Shown: positions 50,801 to 61,371 of the stretch, one piece after another | How positions within the stretch are numbered: the stretch's first letter is position 1 | Layout: every line of letters starts with the position of its first letter | From: Psammoneis japonica | Lineage: Eukaryota | Assembly: GCA_008632985.1 (NCBI GenBank) | Contig: QPGO01000027.1 | Coordinates: 496,001-560,000 of the forward strand | Length of the DNA stretch: 64,000 nucleotides | Reading direction: 5' to 3' | Program-made: the position numbers and the translations under genes | Notes under the pieces: model-generated | What the model was told of the DNA's origin: nothing | Databases searched by the model: none | The model's input: only the letters and a program-made list of their open reading frames with translations

Positions 50801-51533
50801 ATGCTGTCAGCAGTGCAGCCTTTGCAGTGCATTTGACATGTTCAACCGAAACATGATTTTCAGTGTGTCCAACACGTTGCTGACTGGAAGTTTGTCCAGA
50901 AATGCAAACAAAATGTTGCAAATAAAAATGACGCAAGAGAGAATGCATGGCACACTCTTTGCACATGCGGCGTGGGAGAAAAGATCCCACTCAAAAACAA
51001 TTCTCAAAAATTAGAACAGCCCTGTGCTGGGCCTTGCATCACAACAACTGCACACACCAATGGCGCAGTGCAGATCAAAAGTGGTGATGTTGTTGACACC
51101 ACCAACATCCTTTGAATGAATCCATTTGATGAATGACTCCAATGTGCAATTGGGGAGGTGAGTGCAGCATGCTTTGTCAAAGAGATGAAATTGCGCACAT
51201 TCACAATTGCACATTGTTGCACATGTCAATCATGTGACAATCATGGATGCATGCAATGGTCAGATTGATCACACAGAATTGATCAGAAGTCTAAAATTGC
51301 AATGCAATTGGTGAACAATGTTGACACATGAGATGTCAATGCAATTGCACCCGAACAATCTGTTGTCATGATTAGATCATCTGAAAGGCCATTGCTCTGC
51401 AGGAGCAGCACAACAGCTTTGGGCCATTGAGAGCTCCTTGGGAGAATCCCAAAACTGCAGCACAGAATCTGGTCTCACAATTTTTCACTTTTCATGATTT
51501 GTTCCACTTTTGTTTGCACTGGTCCTTTGAGCA
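44812..51533 (+). mobile_element. Heavily decayed, composite Ty3/Gypsy LTR retrotransposon
   Basis: Diverged LTRs ~44812-45184 and ~51163-51533; TGG after the 5' LTR; PPT tggggaggtgag at 51151. SEWAAPTF..PKKNG, GISGAPDIFQE, IHADD (YxDD), DVSDSQLGAVI, KGKANIIADAVS, integrase remnants. Confidence 0.85.
48680..49830. mobile_element. Insertion bounded by AATCTTAAACTG motif/palindrome clusters
   Basis: Motif clusters at ~48680-48810 and ~49617-49825 in both orientations; interrupts Gypsy pol. Confidence 0.55.
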
Positions 51534-54500
51534 CAGTGCAAGTGAGGTTGAGGCCAAACAATTTCACAGAGCACCAAAGTTGGCACACAAGTGCAGCTCT
51601 TGTCAAAAGTGCAGCCAACATGCCCAAGAGCCTGGCCTTGAAAAACTCACCCAAGGCTGTCAAGAGATGCTGATGGCTTGAGATTGATTGACTCTGGACA
51701 ATTTAAGATGGCAGGATTCTTTGTGCAGGTGCTGTTGATTTCTTTTGACTTGCTCCACATGGGGTTTGTTCTCACCCACACCATCATTGACAACTTGCCA
51801 CTCATTGCCAGGTCATCCATGCAGCAGATCAAAGAGAAAGGAAAGCAGTCCATGGCTTTGCACCATTGCTTGCTTTCAAGCTTGGCTCCATCAGTGCTCA
51901 ACTTTCTTGCAATGAAAAGCAAGACACTTGGAAGATTGGCAGTGGGTGAAGCAAAAGCAAAAGTTGAGTTCTCTGTGGCTTTGGAAGCAACATGCAACAT
52001 CAGACATGCCTCCATTGTGACTTGCCTTTTTCATTGACAGCATGCCAAAAACATGCCATTGAAAACAACAAGTGTGGTGCCTGATGTTCTGGCAGACATT
52101 GGCTTTGTTGGGTGACGAGCCATTGTGCCATGATGAGTCTGGTGTGATTTCTGCACAGAGGCCACAAACAAGCCAGGTCTGTGGCTGCAGGGGGGGGGGG
52201 GGGGCATTTCACACAGCAGCATGCATGCTTAGATGCCAATGTGGGCAATGGCAACGCAGGGTGTTGGAGCTTCACAGCTTGCTGACCAGTGCGCGTTTGG
52301 TCTTGCCATCACTGAACTCTCTGTGTGGCTTGCAAACACATCACCATTTTGCTGTCAACTGGGCGCAGAAGCTAAAAAGTGTGAGCACAAGACCTGCAAC
52401 TCAACCCAAGCTGCAAACACAAACTTGCCACATTGTCCACAATTGTCAGTGCATCTTTCCACTGCAACTTTGCCTCTCCTGCAAAAACCACCTCTGGCCC
52501 CAATGTTCCAACACACTTCTCATGAGCCATCAATTGATTGGCCTTGTGCAAATCAAGAAGCATGGAAGGATGACATTTGGAGTCCATGCCACCCAATGCC
52601 ACATCAACTGTTCTGCCAGTTTCCATGGTCCGCATCATCCAACTCCAACAAAAAATGAACATTGTCAGGGCAATTCATTCTCACATGCCTGACCCAACCA
52701 CATTTCCAGCATGCAATGCGCTCCTTCTCTTGCTCTGCATGAAACTTGTGAGGCAGGTTTCCTGCCATGCAGGTGCCCTCCAACACCTGTGGTGCCTCCT
52801 TGGCTGACTTGGGACAAATGTCAACCCCCGGTGTGAACTGCTGATGTGGGTCTTTGAAGACTTGCCAATGTTCCTTGGTGCCTTCCATTGGCATCACCAA
52901 CAGCAACTTGTTCCTTTCTTCATTCTGGGTGTGTCATCAGCATCCTTGCCAAACCCATCTTCCTTTCTTGGTGATTTCTTCTGGGTTGACCCTGCCATGG
53001 GACATTTGTGCTGCTTCAACCATGCTCACAAACCAACTGCAACAGGAGTCTTGAAGTGACAAATGAGCCCCAATTGCTTCCAAGCCTTGACCACCTGAAC
53101 ATGTGGGGGTTTGTCTTCTCATTTGCATCAAACAAGATCAACTTGAGAACATCCAGCAGTGCTGCCACATCCCACTCCTTTGCAACTCTTGAAAACTCAG
53201 TCACTTCTTCAAGTTTGTGACAAAAACCTTTGCTTTCTGCATCTTGCAGATTGCACTCTGTTTCGCACTTGTCCCAGATTGACTTCTCCTTCTCTCACAA
53301 AGCAACATTGCTGTTGACTGCTGTCACCGTGTCAACTGGTGCAGATTCTAAAAAGTGAGCACAAGACCTGAAACTCAATCCAAGGCTGCAAAGACACAAA
53401 CACACCACATTGTTCACAATCATCAATGCATCTTTCCACTGCAACTTTGTCTGTCTGTCCTGTGAAAACCACCTCCAACCCTGATGTTCCAACAGCGGGT
53501 GAAAGAGTGGAAGATGGACATGGATGGGTGGGGACAGACTGGATTGATTGGAGCAACAAGGTGAGTGCACCAGTTGAGATTTTTTTTGCAACACTTCAAC
53601 AGCTGCACACATCTGCAGCACCTGTGTGTGGGGTTGTTCTGCAAAGCTTTTAGACCACAAACTGCGGGGTGGGAAGAAGCTTCCCAAAGTGCAGGACAGC
53701 CCACCCAACAAGGAGCTGTCATGGACTTCAGCACCCACATGGCCACACCCTCTCTTCAACCATGTTGGTCTCATCTGAACATTCAACAATTGACTTCAAC
53801 GGCCCTCAATGACAGGTGGTTCACATGCCAACCAGTGCTTTCAAGTGTCCTCAAAAGGCAATCTGACAGCTTTGCATTCTTTCAAGATGGCTTGCTGCTT
53901 TCTGCCAGGGACCAGGAGACCCCAAGCTGCTTGACACTTTGTCTCTTAGCTGCAAGAAGCATTTGAGCAGCCCCCTTTCAAGGCCCACACACTGCTGTTT
54001 TCTGGCCCTGTGAGATGGTTGGCTGATGCCCAAAGAGCACTCCACACCACCCATCTTGGGCCGCCACACTTCTCCATTGCTTGGAGGATCTAAAATCTGC
54101 AACTTCAGAGCCTCCAGAGAAAGTGGCAGATGATGAACTCAGCAAGAGCAGCAGCAACTTGCCACTTGTTGCTTGCTGTGCAGCACGACTTGTCCTTCTT
54201 GCAACAACTTGTGCTTTGACAGCCAAGCACAAGGGGCAGAGCCTGGCCAGCTCTGAGCAGCTGCTGCAGCAATGAATGTCATTTCATCAGTCAATGCTTT
54301 TTCACCTGCATGAGCAAGAGTGCCACTTCATTCAATCTTTGTTGCCTGCTCTGACTGTCATGACATTGCACCAAGTTTGATTTTCCTTTCCTCCAAAATT
54401 TTGCAATCTGTGGCTCCACCCCCTCACTGCATTTTGATTTTCCTTTCCTCCAAAATTTTGCAATCTGTGGCTCCACCCCCTCACTGCATTTTCTGCATTA

Positions 54501-57500
54501 GATGATGCTGTTTTTAGATGCACATGTCCAATCTCTTCACTTGCTTCATCATGCTTGTTTTAGTCACACTGTTTGGTTGCACCGCCACTCCATTCTCTGG
54601 TCATTTTTGCAATGATGCAGCCAGATTCTTTTGTTTGCCCTCAGTGCCAACATGCCAGATTTGCTCAGTCTTGCTGCCATCACTGTGATGCAGCAACTGG
54701 CCCAGTGAAGGCTTTCTGTTGTCTTTGTTGTGTGGACAAGGTGTTTTGACTCTGAAAGCCAGGTGCAGTGTGTCACCTTTCCCGCCACTGCACTGGCTTC
54801 ACTTCAATTCCATCCATCACAGAGTGCAGTCATCATCAAGAGCTTTTGCCTTGCTGTTGTCCCCAGCTTCTTTTTGCAATGTTGCCCAGCACCTCCAGAA
54901 GTGTGCCCCCTGCCATGACTTGGAGGACCTTTCATGCCGAGGATCAAGTTCAATGCTTCATGGTGCACTGCTGTTGGGCACACCAGTTTCTTGTCAGCAT
55001 CACAAAACCAATGTTGTCATGGGGAGAGACAGCCAAGAGGTTTTTTTGGTTAAAAAGAAGTCCCACAGTGAATGCAGAACCAAGCTCACCACTGTGTGAG
55101 CAAGTGCCTCCACCAGAAATGCAGCCAAGTTGATGTTCCTCAGTGTGAGCCATGTGGCATTTTCTGGCACAACAAAAGGGACAGGCTTGTCTGCAGTTGT
55201 GGTGGGGCATGACAGGGAAACAAACAATGCAGCACCAGCACTGTCAAAATGGTTTGGCACAGGCACATTGAACAAAAGCAATGTGAGAAGAAAAACAAAA
55301 CACTGCCAATGCTTTGTGGGTGGACATTGAGCCAAAGTGATCATTGAAAATTGGGTCTGCTTTCTGAGTGACAGAAATGTCAGCTGCAAAGATGGCACAT
55401 GTGTCACTTTTGTTGAGCATCACATCAAAATGCAAAACTGGTTGTCAAGAAAAAATGATTGACACAGCACAACTTGGAATGAAGCTGGACATTGTCCCAG
55501 GTGGGCAAGGTGCCAGTGTCACAGAATGTGATGAAAAAGGCACTCAGCTGTGAAATTTTGATCCTGGGTTTGAAAAAATGAACACACACACACCCGGGAG
55601 CACTCATCACTTGTTGCAGCACCATGTTGAAACAGAGAAAATGCAACAAAATGTGCTCAAACAGGAGGCACCTGCAAATGTTTTACAAAATCAAAAATGG
55701 GAGCATGCCAATGACAACAAACAAAGACACTTCATTTCACCACATCACTCCTGGTGTCACAAACAAGAGAAGACAAGGCAAAAAATGCAGAAACAAGATG
55801 TGGTGTGGCAGGTCAAAGAAATGGAAGGAACAGTGTTGACAGGTGTGCCAGAACAAGATGGTGTCAGCACAATGTCAAGCAGCACGTGATGACACAGCAT
55901 GACACACACTGCAATGACAGAGAAACTGGCATGTTTGCTGCTTCTGTTGTGATTGTGGATTGTGGCTGCTTTGGGCCAAATTGCACTGCCACAAGCCCTG
56001 CACTGGTGGATTGTTGGCAGTGCAAACAAACAAACAAACAAACAAACATGGAGAGATGAGCCATTTCTGGCTGGGGCAGGCCTCCCCCCAGCAGCAGGAG
56101 CACTGACAACATGCTCAAATGTTGGCTGACAGTGTCATCCAAGGTCTTTGCCATGTCAACGCACTTAAAAACTTTGTGACAAGACTGTTGACAAAGCTGA
56201 GAAATTGGAGAAGGATGATTGCAGCACAGGAAACTTGCAGTGAAGATGTGAAGAACACAAAGCATGCAGCTCAAGGCAGGGGCAAAGCAGCAAAGCAGAG
56301 CCAAGGCTGGAGCAAAAAAGAAGGAGCACAGAAGTTCAACAAGCTGTGTGTGTGTGGATCAAGCAAGACAGAGAGAGCAATGAGGGCTTCAGTCTGTGGC
56401 TCAAGGAATGGAGGTGACAAAGGCAAGCTTGTGAAAGGAAGAAAAGAAGAAACAAAAGAGGAGCAAGGCAAGGAAGGAGAGAGAGAGGAAGGGTGGGCCA
56501 AGAGCCAGTGGGGGGCAATCTGCCACTGCAGCTGGTGGCTGCAGGAGTGGCAGCTGAGGCAACAAACCAAACGAGTGTTCAAGCAAACATTCAAGAGTTG
56601 GCTGCAATCTGGATCATGGTGAAAACACCAAGCAAGAAATGGGAATTTGGTTTTGTGTCATGGATGGATGGCAGGTTAAAAGGGTGCTTTTGAAGCAGAC
56701 AGGACAAACAAAAAATGCAGAAGGACACTCCAGGTCACATGGCTGCCTCAAATGCAAGTGAGAGCTGCCAAAGAAACAAGAAAGCACAGTTGTGACACAA
56801 GGTGAGCTTTCAGATTTTAAATCCAGGAACATGGGACAAAAGGCAAGAGTGCCCAATGCTGAAAGTCAGGTGCAATTTAGAGTCAGGGATGCCATGAACC
56901 TGGCCAGTTTTGAGCTGAAAAGAAAGCCGAAACCCAACTTGTCAAGTGACACTGTCCTGAGATTTCAGCTGGGAAATTGCCAGATCACATTGATGGCCGG
57001 CGGTCAGAGCCAGAATGCTGGCATCCCAGATGCGCTGCCAAGGAGCTGGACATTAATTTGCTGAACCCCCACAAAGGCCAAAGTGTCTGGTTGTTGTGTT
57101 GTTGCAAGTCACTTCAAGCTTGCAAGAGCCCCTCTTCCATGTTCTTTTCACCGGATGAGGCACAAAGCTTCACACAGAGAAACATTGAACAAGCTTTCTC
57201 ATTGTGTGCTGCTGGAGGGAAAAAGCACCACCACAAATTGTGCTTGAATCAGCAAAGGACTTTTTTGCACACCCCCACGTCGTTCACTCCTCTTGCAATG
57301 CCAACTTGTTGGCAAACAACCCAGCTTGAGAGGAAGCCACAGGCAGGCCTGGCCACACAGCCTGCAGTGACAGCTGCAAGGAATGAACCAAAAGGAGGCA
57401 TTGCAATTGTGCTGTGAGCAAAACCAGTGCATCTGGCAGTGCATTGACACACAAAAATCCACATGGTGTGTCGTGCTCCCCTCTCTTTTTCCTCTCTTCA

Positions 57501-57560
57501 TCATCCAGCCACAAAACATTGCAAAATTTTGCTTGCAGGACTTTGATTTGCTCCTTCATG
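51534..57560. other. Mosaic of unidentifiable hypermutated repeats
   Basis: TA and CG nearly absent. ~150-bp diverged direct repeat at ~52352-52495 and ~53329-53477; GWS..EG..KFN.L-like remnant near 56310. Confidence 0.7.
54376..54492 (+). repeat. Perfect 57-bp tandem duplication
   Basis: tttgattttcctttcctccaaaattttgcaatctgtggctccaccccctcactgcat at 54376 and 54433. Confidence 0.95.
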
Positions 57561-57836
57561 TGATCTACTTCTACATGAGAAACTTCTTGGCTCTACAAAA
57601 CACGAATTCCCTCCATCTTTGGAGGTGCCCAGACCACTGGCCAGCTAGAGACTGGCAGACAAGTGATGAATGCGTCCAACGCTCCAAGTAAAAAATTGTG
57701 CGATCATCCCCTCCTCTTTTTTCTCTTTTATTTATATTCAAACACGAATACACTGCCTGAAAAATTGCACCACAACACGATCAGTGATGGATGCAGGATA
57801 CAGGTGGGGTATAAGACGATAAGACAACAGACAACC

Positions 57837-59360
57837 ATGACCACCTCACCCTCGTCTCCTTTGTTCGATATTCGTTGTGGTTTGTTCTCATGGTTTGTAT
57901 GGATTGCGGTCTTTTCGACTCTTACCAATCAGGTTGTTATTGTGGAAGCGGCCTCAGGGGATTTGGGTGATTTTTGTCTCACCTCGTCGTTGCCTTTTTC
58001 GTGTAATGGCCGTTTTTGTTCACCCGGTGCTTGCTGTTGCAGCCGTAATCTCCAGTGCGTCTTGGGGGCTTCGATAAGTCCAGGGAATGCTGAATGTGCC
58101 GGAGATGTGGAGCAACCGTGTGATTTGGATGGTCTGGGTCAAAACTGTACCGGAGGGAGTTGTCAGCCAACGCTTGGAGAAAATTCACCCTGTTGTTGCG
58201 GCAATGCTGGCGGGGGCGGGGGACGTTGTTATCCCAAGTCACTTCCAGAAAGTGGGCAAGATGATGGAGGGGCATGTGCCGATAGAGGTGGACTGGATGG
58301 TCCCTGCAATTCGGAAAATACTTCGGATAAATGTTCAGCGGCGGCCTTTTGTGACGATTCAAGCGAAAGCTGCTGCTGTGATGTCCAGTCGAGTACCAGC
58401 GATGAAGGCGTTTGTCGGGCTCAACCACCCCAAGACACCAATGATCGAGGTAGTAGATGTTATGAGCCAGGAACGCTTGGGGGGGCTTGTGGTGAAGAAT
58501 TTGGAAATTGCAATGTAGACCCAGGATGCGACGTAGCTGGCGGTGCTGGCGGAGTGTGTTGTTGCGATGTTGTCACCAACACGTGCCGAGCTGGAATTCC
58601 AGCTCCATCTGAAGCTCAGGATGGAGGTTTTTGCCAAGCTCGACGTGATGTTGATGGAATTTGCTCTCCAAGTAGGCGTTGCAATCGAGGAGCCTGCAAC
58701 AATGTGGAGTGCTGTTGCGACATTCGCTCCTTTGATAATTCTACGCTTGGAAGGTGTGTTTTGGGTCTGTCCAATCCCATAACGGCGGCGCGAGGAGGAG
58801 CTTGTCCCCTGCCGGGAAATCAAGGCGCGCCCTGTGACGGACATGAGCTCCTGTGCCTCAATGGGAGTTGCGATCCCAGCCAGAGTGATCCCGACGCGAC
58901 GGAATGCTGCTGTGACAATGACACCAAGACTTGCGTTCCTGGCATTGCCTCGGGACTGGGTGGTAACGTACCGGTGGGAGGCTTTTGTCCGTTGCCGCTC
59001 AATGGTACCTTGGGTTTGCCCTGCGCTGATGGAACATGCCAGACGGCCAGCTGCAATCCCACTGTGGCGGGAGGTGTGGAATGCTGCTGTAACAGCGCGG
59101 GCGTTTGTGAGGCTGGTTCAGCAGCCAATTTAGCCGGGACGACGTGCTCTCCGGCCGTGGGGGATTTGGGTGGAGACTGTTCCACGGTGAACTGCACGAC
59201 GGGTCTTTGTGGCTTGGTGGACTGCTGTTGCAACACGGCCAATGTCACATGTGTACAAGGCCCATCGGACCAGAACGGCCAGTGTGTGTCCAAAGATGGT
59301 TGCCACAAGTCGAGCTCGAAGAGCAAGACTGCCAAGAGCAAAGGTTCAAAAGGGCATTAG
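57837..59360 (+). CDS. Secreted Cys/Gly-rich repeat protein with Lys/Ser tail
   Basis: Hydrophobic N-terminus, eight CCC-containing modules, C-terminal KSSSKSKTAKSKGSKG. Confidence 0.8.
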   Translation: MTTSPSSPLFDIRCGLFSWFVWIAVFSTLTNQVVIVEAASGDLGDFCLTSSLPFSCNGRFCSPGACCCSRNLQCVLGASISPGNAECAGDVEQPCDLDGLGQNCTGGSCQPTLGENSPCCCGNAGGGGGRCYPKSLPESGQDDGGACADRGGLDGPCNSENTSDKCSAAAFCDDSSESCCCDVQSSTSDEGVCRAQPPQDTNDRGSRCYEPGTLGGACGEEFGNCNVDPGCDVAGGAGGVCCCDVVTNTCRAGIPAPSEAQDGGFCQARRDVDGICSPSRRCNRGACNNVECCCDIRSFDNSTLGRCVLGLSNPITAARGGACPLPGNQGAPCDGHELLCLNGSCDPSQSDPDATECCCDNDTKTCVPGIASGLGGNVPVGGFCPLPLNGTLGLPCADGTCQTASCNPTVAGGVECCCNSAGVCEAGSAANLAGTTCSPAVGDLGGDCSTVNCTTGLCGLVDCCCNTANVTCVQGPSDQNGQCVSKDGCHKSSSKSKTAKSKGSKGH

Positions 59361-59599
59361 TGTACTTGCAGGACCAAGGCCAAACGCGACAAAGTGAAAC
59401 TCGGTGATAAGGTCCTTCCGAGACGTGATTGTCACAAGTCATTCGTAGTCAATAAGAACTTGTTACCATCCTACCTGCACATAGTGATAAAAAGCTAAGT
59501 ACTAGGGCAAACTCATCTAGGGCTTCATGTCATGCATTATTGAGTTTGACTTCAAGATGACGTACCTTCGTATATCATACTACGAAACGAGTGTTCTTG

Positions 59600-59990
59600 G
59601 TCAATTTTTGATTATCTTAAGCAATATGGCAAGGTCAAGTAGAAAGAGCGTGTATGCGAAACACTCAAAGAAGGTGCACAAGACAATCAAGATTTTGGTT
59701 CAGAAAGACAATCCAAATGTCCACAATCCTGTTGGACGCTGAACTTGCAGCACTCAACGGCAAACTGGATAAAGCCGAGGGTCTGTACCAAAGTGCAATC
59801 GCGTCAACGCGCCAGGGCTTATTACTCACGAGAGTACATTGCTGAGTGCTAATTGAAAGAGCAGGATGATACGGAAGAAGTAATGCACAAGCTCTCTGAT
59901 GCGATGCGACGTTACAAAGAATGGTTCGATACCGGGAAAGATGATATGATACGCAAGAAACACCAGCAACTGTGGCAAAAGCATACCGAA
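59600..59990 (+). pseudogene. Fragment of a TPR-like C-terminal domain of the large diatom AAA/cyclase-like family
   Basis: KDNPNV / LLDAELAAL....AEGLYQSAI..TRQG in broken frames. Confidence 0.45.
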
Positions 59991-60376
59991 GCAGTGCTCT
60001 AGAGAGTTTCACACTTTCAAGAAGGAGGACGCAAGCAGGAGCAGCTCGGAATCTTTTAAATGAGTTTGCCATTCAGCTTATAGTTGGCAGCTGTAATGTG
60101 GATGGCTACGTCGTGGTATTCTCTTGGTTGTGAAAGTGCTCACGCCGATGCATCATTTGCGCTTTTGTCTTTTGACTGTGCTTCAAGTTCGTCCGTGCAC
60201 ACAGTGCATAGCTAGAAAAGGTGGCGTTATTGCATAGAGAAAGCAGTGAGTCAGGAAAGACGAACTAGCGCTCTTCGCTTGATTCAGTAGTGCTCGAACC
60301 ATCAACGCAGTTACTACAAGCTTCGGGGGCATTTTGTTGCTATACACATGTAAGAGTTCTTGAGTGTTCCTTTCTC

Positions 60377-61000
60377 TTATTCTCCAGACTTCTCTTTCAA
60401 CATCTTTGTCCATATTGTCGCTGGTCCAACGTAGTCGGGATCCATATACTGGACGCCCCCCAACGATTCCATAAGAGTTTGAATTGTAATGTATTTACCT
60501 CCTGCAAGCAAGGTTTCGACCTCCTCCTTTGTCGGCATTACAGCAGGCGTGCCGTGGAACTCTGGCATTGGCGGAAACGTTGCCAACTCCTCCTCGGTCC
60601 TATCATCCAAAAAATAACGCCCCTCCACAGGTGGAATCTCTGCATTATCTTGTAGCTTAAGATCGCACGTTGGAGGAAAACAAGAAAACCTCAAGCCTTC
60701 ATACATGGGATGGTCAGACAAGATCTGCGTCCAACAACAATCCGTTACGATGCGATATGTGTCATATCCCTCCTTTAACTTGTAACACTTCAAGCGATCC
60801 ATACCCTTTCTAACCTTGAGAGCATTGGGAAAATAGACCGCCGTTGACACTAGCGGTGGCGACTGGCCTCCCTTTTCCTCGCACCACTTGTAACACCTGC
60901 GGCAATCCACACAAACACACTGAAGCGACTGAAAGGGCGGGGCAGGCACATCAATCACCACCTCTTTGCACTTGCAGGAAATCGTTGAACAAGCCGACAT
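60377..61000 (-). CDS. GFA/CENP-V-like Cys-zinc protein
   Basis: CKCKEV...CVCVDCRR...WCEEKGG...YFPNAL...RIVTDCCWT; intact 207-aa ORF. Confidence 0.75.
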   Translation of the reverse strand: MSACSTISCKCKEVVIDVPAPPFQSLQCVCVDCRRCYKWCEEKGGQSPPLVSTAVYFPNALKVRKGMDRLKCYKLKEGYDTYRIVTDCCWTQILSDHPMYEGLRFSCFPPTCDLKLQDNAEIPPVEGRYFLDDRTEEELATFPPMPEFHGTPAVMPTKEEVETLLAGGKYITIQTLMESLGGVQYMDPDYVGPATIWTKMLKEKSGE

Positions 61001-61371
61001 ATGTTGAATATGATGTGATGAGCCAATGATTTATACTAGTGTGATGTGAGAACTGAGACAGTTCAATAGCAACGCGACACTCGACGCCATTTTGACAGGA
61101 GACAGCATCCAGCATGCGGGATTCAGGATTCAGGGGTTCGCGCGAACGTTGAAGGTCGCGCAGGAGGCCAACGTCATGCCCGTGACGTGGTTGTGACATC
61201 ATGAGATAGATGATTGCGCGAACGAACGCGCGCAGCGGTTCCATGCTTCACTCTTTCCCGCCATCAGCCATCAACGGTTCATAATGGCATCAGTGTTACT
61301 TGTACTCTCTTGCGAGTAACACCAACAGGAAAACCGACACACTGTTTCCGTGTATGAGATTCAAGCAGAGA

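Noticed and set aside
44805..51540. Gypsy target-site duplication (cagca vs cagtg)
   Set aside because: The LTR start is ambiguous and the element seems chimeric, so it cannot be fixed.
52190..52204. Poly-G tract as a functional G-quadruplex
   Set aside because: Isolated homopolymer in decayed repeat DNA; length unreliable.
51534..57560. ORFs or a named transposase in the distal island
   Set aside because: Too mutated; only vague motif echoes, no defensible family call.
37590..57560. Classical fungal RIP
   Set aside because: RIP converts CpA to TpA. Here conserved Tyr codons show that TA is ancestral and is lost, the opposite direction.
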